64,000 nucleotides of DNA, taken from positions 1,536,001-1,600,000 of the forward strand of contig CAXVYR010000004.1 in NCBI GenBank assembly GCA_963666975.2, read 5' to 3'. Below are positions 63,523 to 64,000 of this stretch, in pieces. The position numbers and the translations under genes were made by a program. The notes beneath the pieces were generated by a model. That model searched no databases. It worked only from the letters and a program-made list of their open reading frames with translations, and had not been told where the DNA came from. Position 1 is the first letter of the stretch. Every line of letters begins with the position of its first letter. The stretch comes from Terriglobia bacterium. Its GTDB lineage: Bacteria > Acidobacteriota > Terriglobia > 2-12-FULL-54-10.

Positions 63523-63552
63523 TTGACATCCTCAGCAGGACAGTTTTAGTGT
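63523..63552 (+). promoter_or_regulatory. Sigma70-like promoter candidate
   Basis: TTGACA-N18-TAGTGT upstream of the oxidoreductase gene. Confidence 0.35.
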
Positions 63553-63774
63553 TGGCACATCATGCCTGCAAAGCAAGAACAGGATGCAAGTAAAGTCGAT
63601 TCAGAAGTAGATTCTTTTCTCTTTTTTTGGAGTGAGAAGATCGGGAGAGTTGCAATTACTGAGATGGAGCGAGATTCTGTGGGCCCGATAGCGCAGCCGG
63701 GCATAGCTAGCTCTTTGACGTGATGATGCGGACTGCATGGAGAGGCAGGACGCGAGAATGAGCAGGAGGTCCTG

Positions 63775-64000
63775 ATGCCGGATCAAGACATCTTCGACGT
63801 GATTGTGGTAGGGGCGGGAACCAGCGGAACCATACTGGCATCCCGCATTGCCGAGAACGGAGTGAACCCCAGCACGGGAGATCGCTTAAGGGTCGGTCTG
63901 TTTGAGGCCGGCCCCTATTACATGAAGGGAGGACCCCTGCAGCCCGGATTGGGAGATCCGTTACGCCGCCGGATGATCACGAATATCCAGACCGACGAAA
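63775..64000 (+). CDS. FAD-dependent (GMC-like) oxidoreductase, partial
   Basis: AGGAGG RBS; MPDQDIFDVIVVGAGTSGTILASRIAE...GLFEAGP. Confidence 0.75.
   Translation, partial: MPDQDIFDVIVVGAGTSGTILASRIAENGVNPSTGDRLRVGLFEAGPYYMKGGPLQPGLGDPLRRRMITNIQTDE

Noticed and set aside
63552-63570. Sigma54 promoter (TTGGCAC...)
   Set aside because: The GG-to-GC spacing is 8 or 12 nt rather than the required 10.

Overview
GC-rich bacterial chromosomal segment. The gene content (TIGR03437-type C-terminal domain, Oar-like TonB receptor, DUF1592/DUF1552/ankyrin cluster, mce-meaB-mtnP-pfkB run) suggests Acidobacteriota; this is inferred, not searched. The backbone is housekeeping: glnD-glnB-glnA plus a divergent second GS-like gene, lnt-prfB with the +1 frameshift, rnj, hflX-hfq, ilvE, acnA and tRNA-Glu. 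Accessory material is interleaved: (i) an IS1202/IS481-like element with a nonsense codon; (ii) a 2.16-kb IS1595 element carrying a RelE-type toxin operon, inserted into the signal-peptide region of a heme-motif Reeler-like protein; (iii) a ~1.9-kb islet between 67-bp direct repeats, with an attI1-like site, a PD-(D/E)XK nuclease and a GIY-YIG-RAMA nuclease but no integrase; (iv) several genes reduced to their ends; (v) nested REP-like palindromes; (vi) a probable decayed island after tRNA-Glu with periplasmic redox genes. Start codons were refined by eye and family calls come from motif recognition, not database searches.
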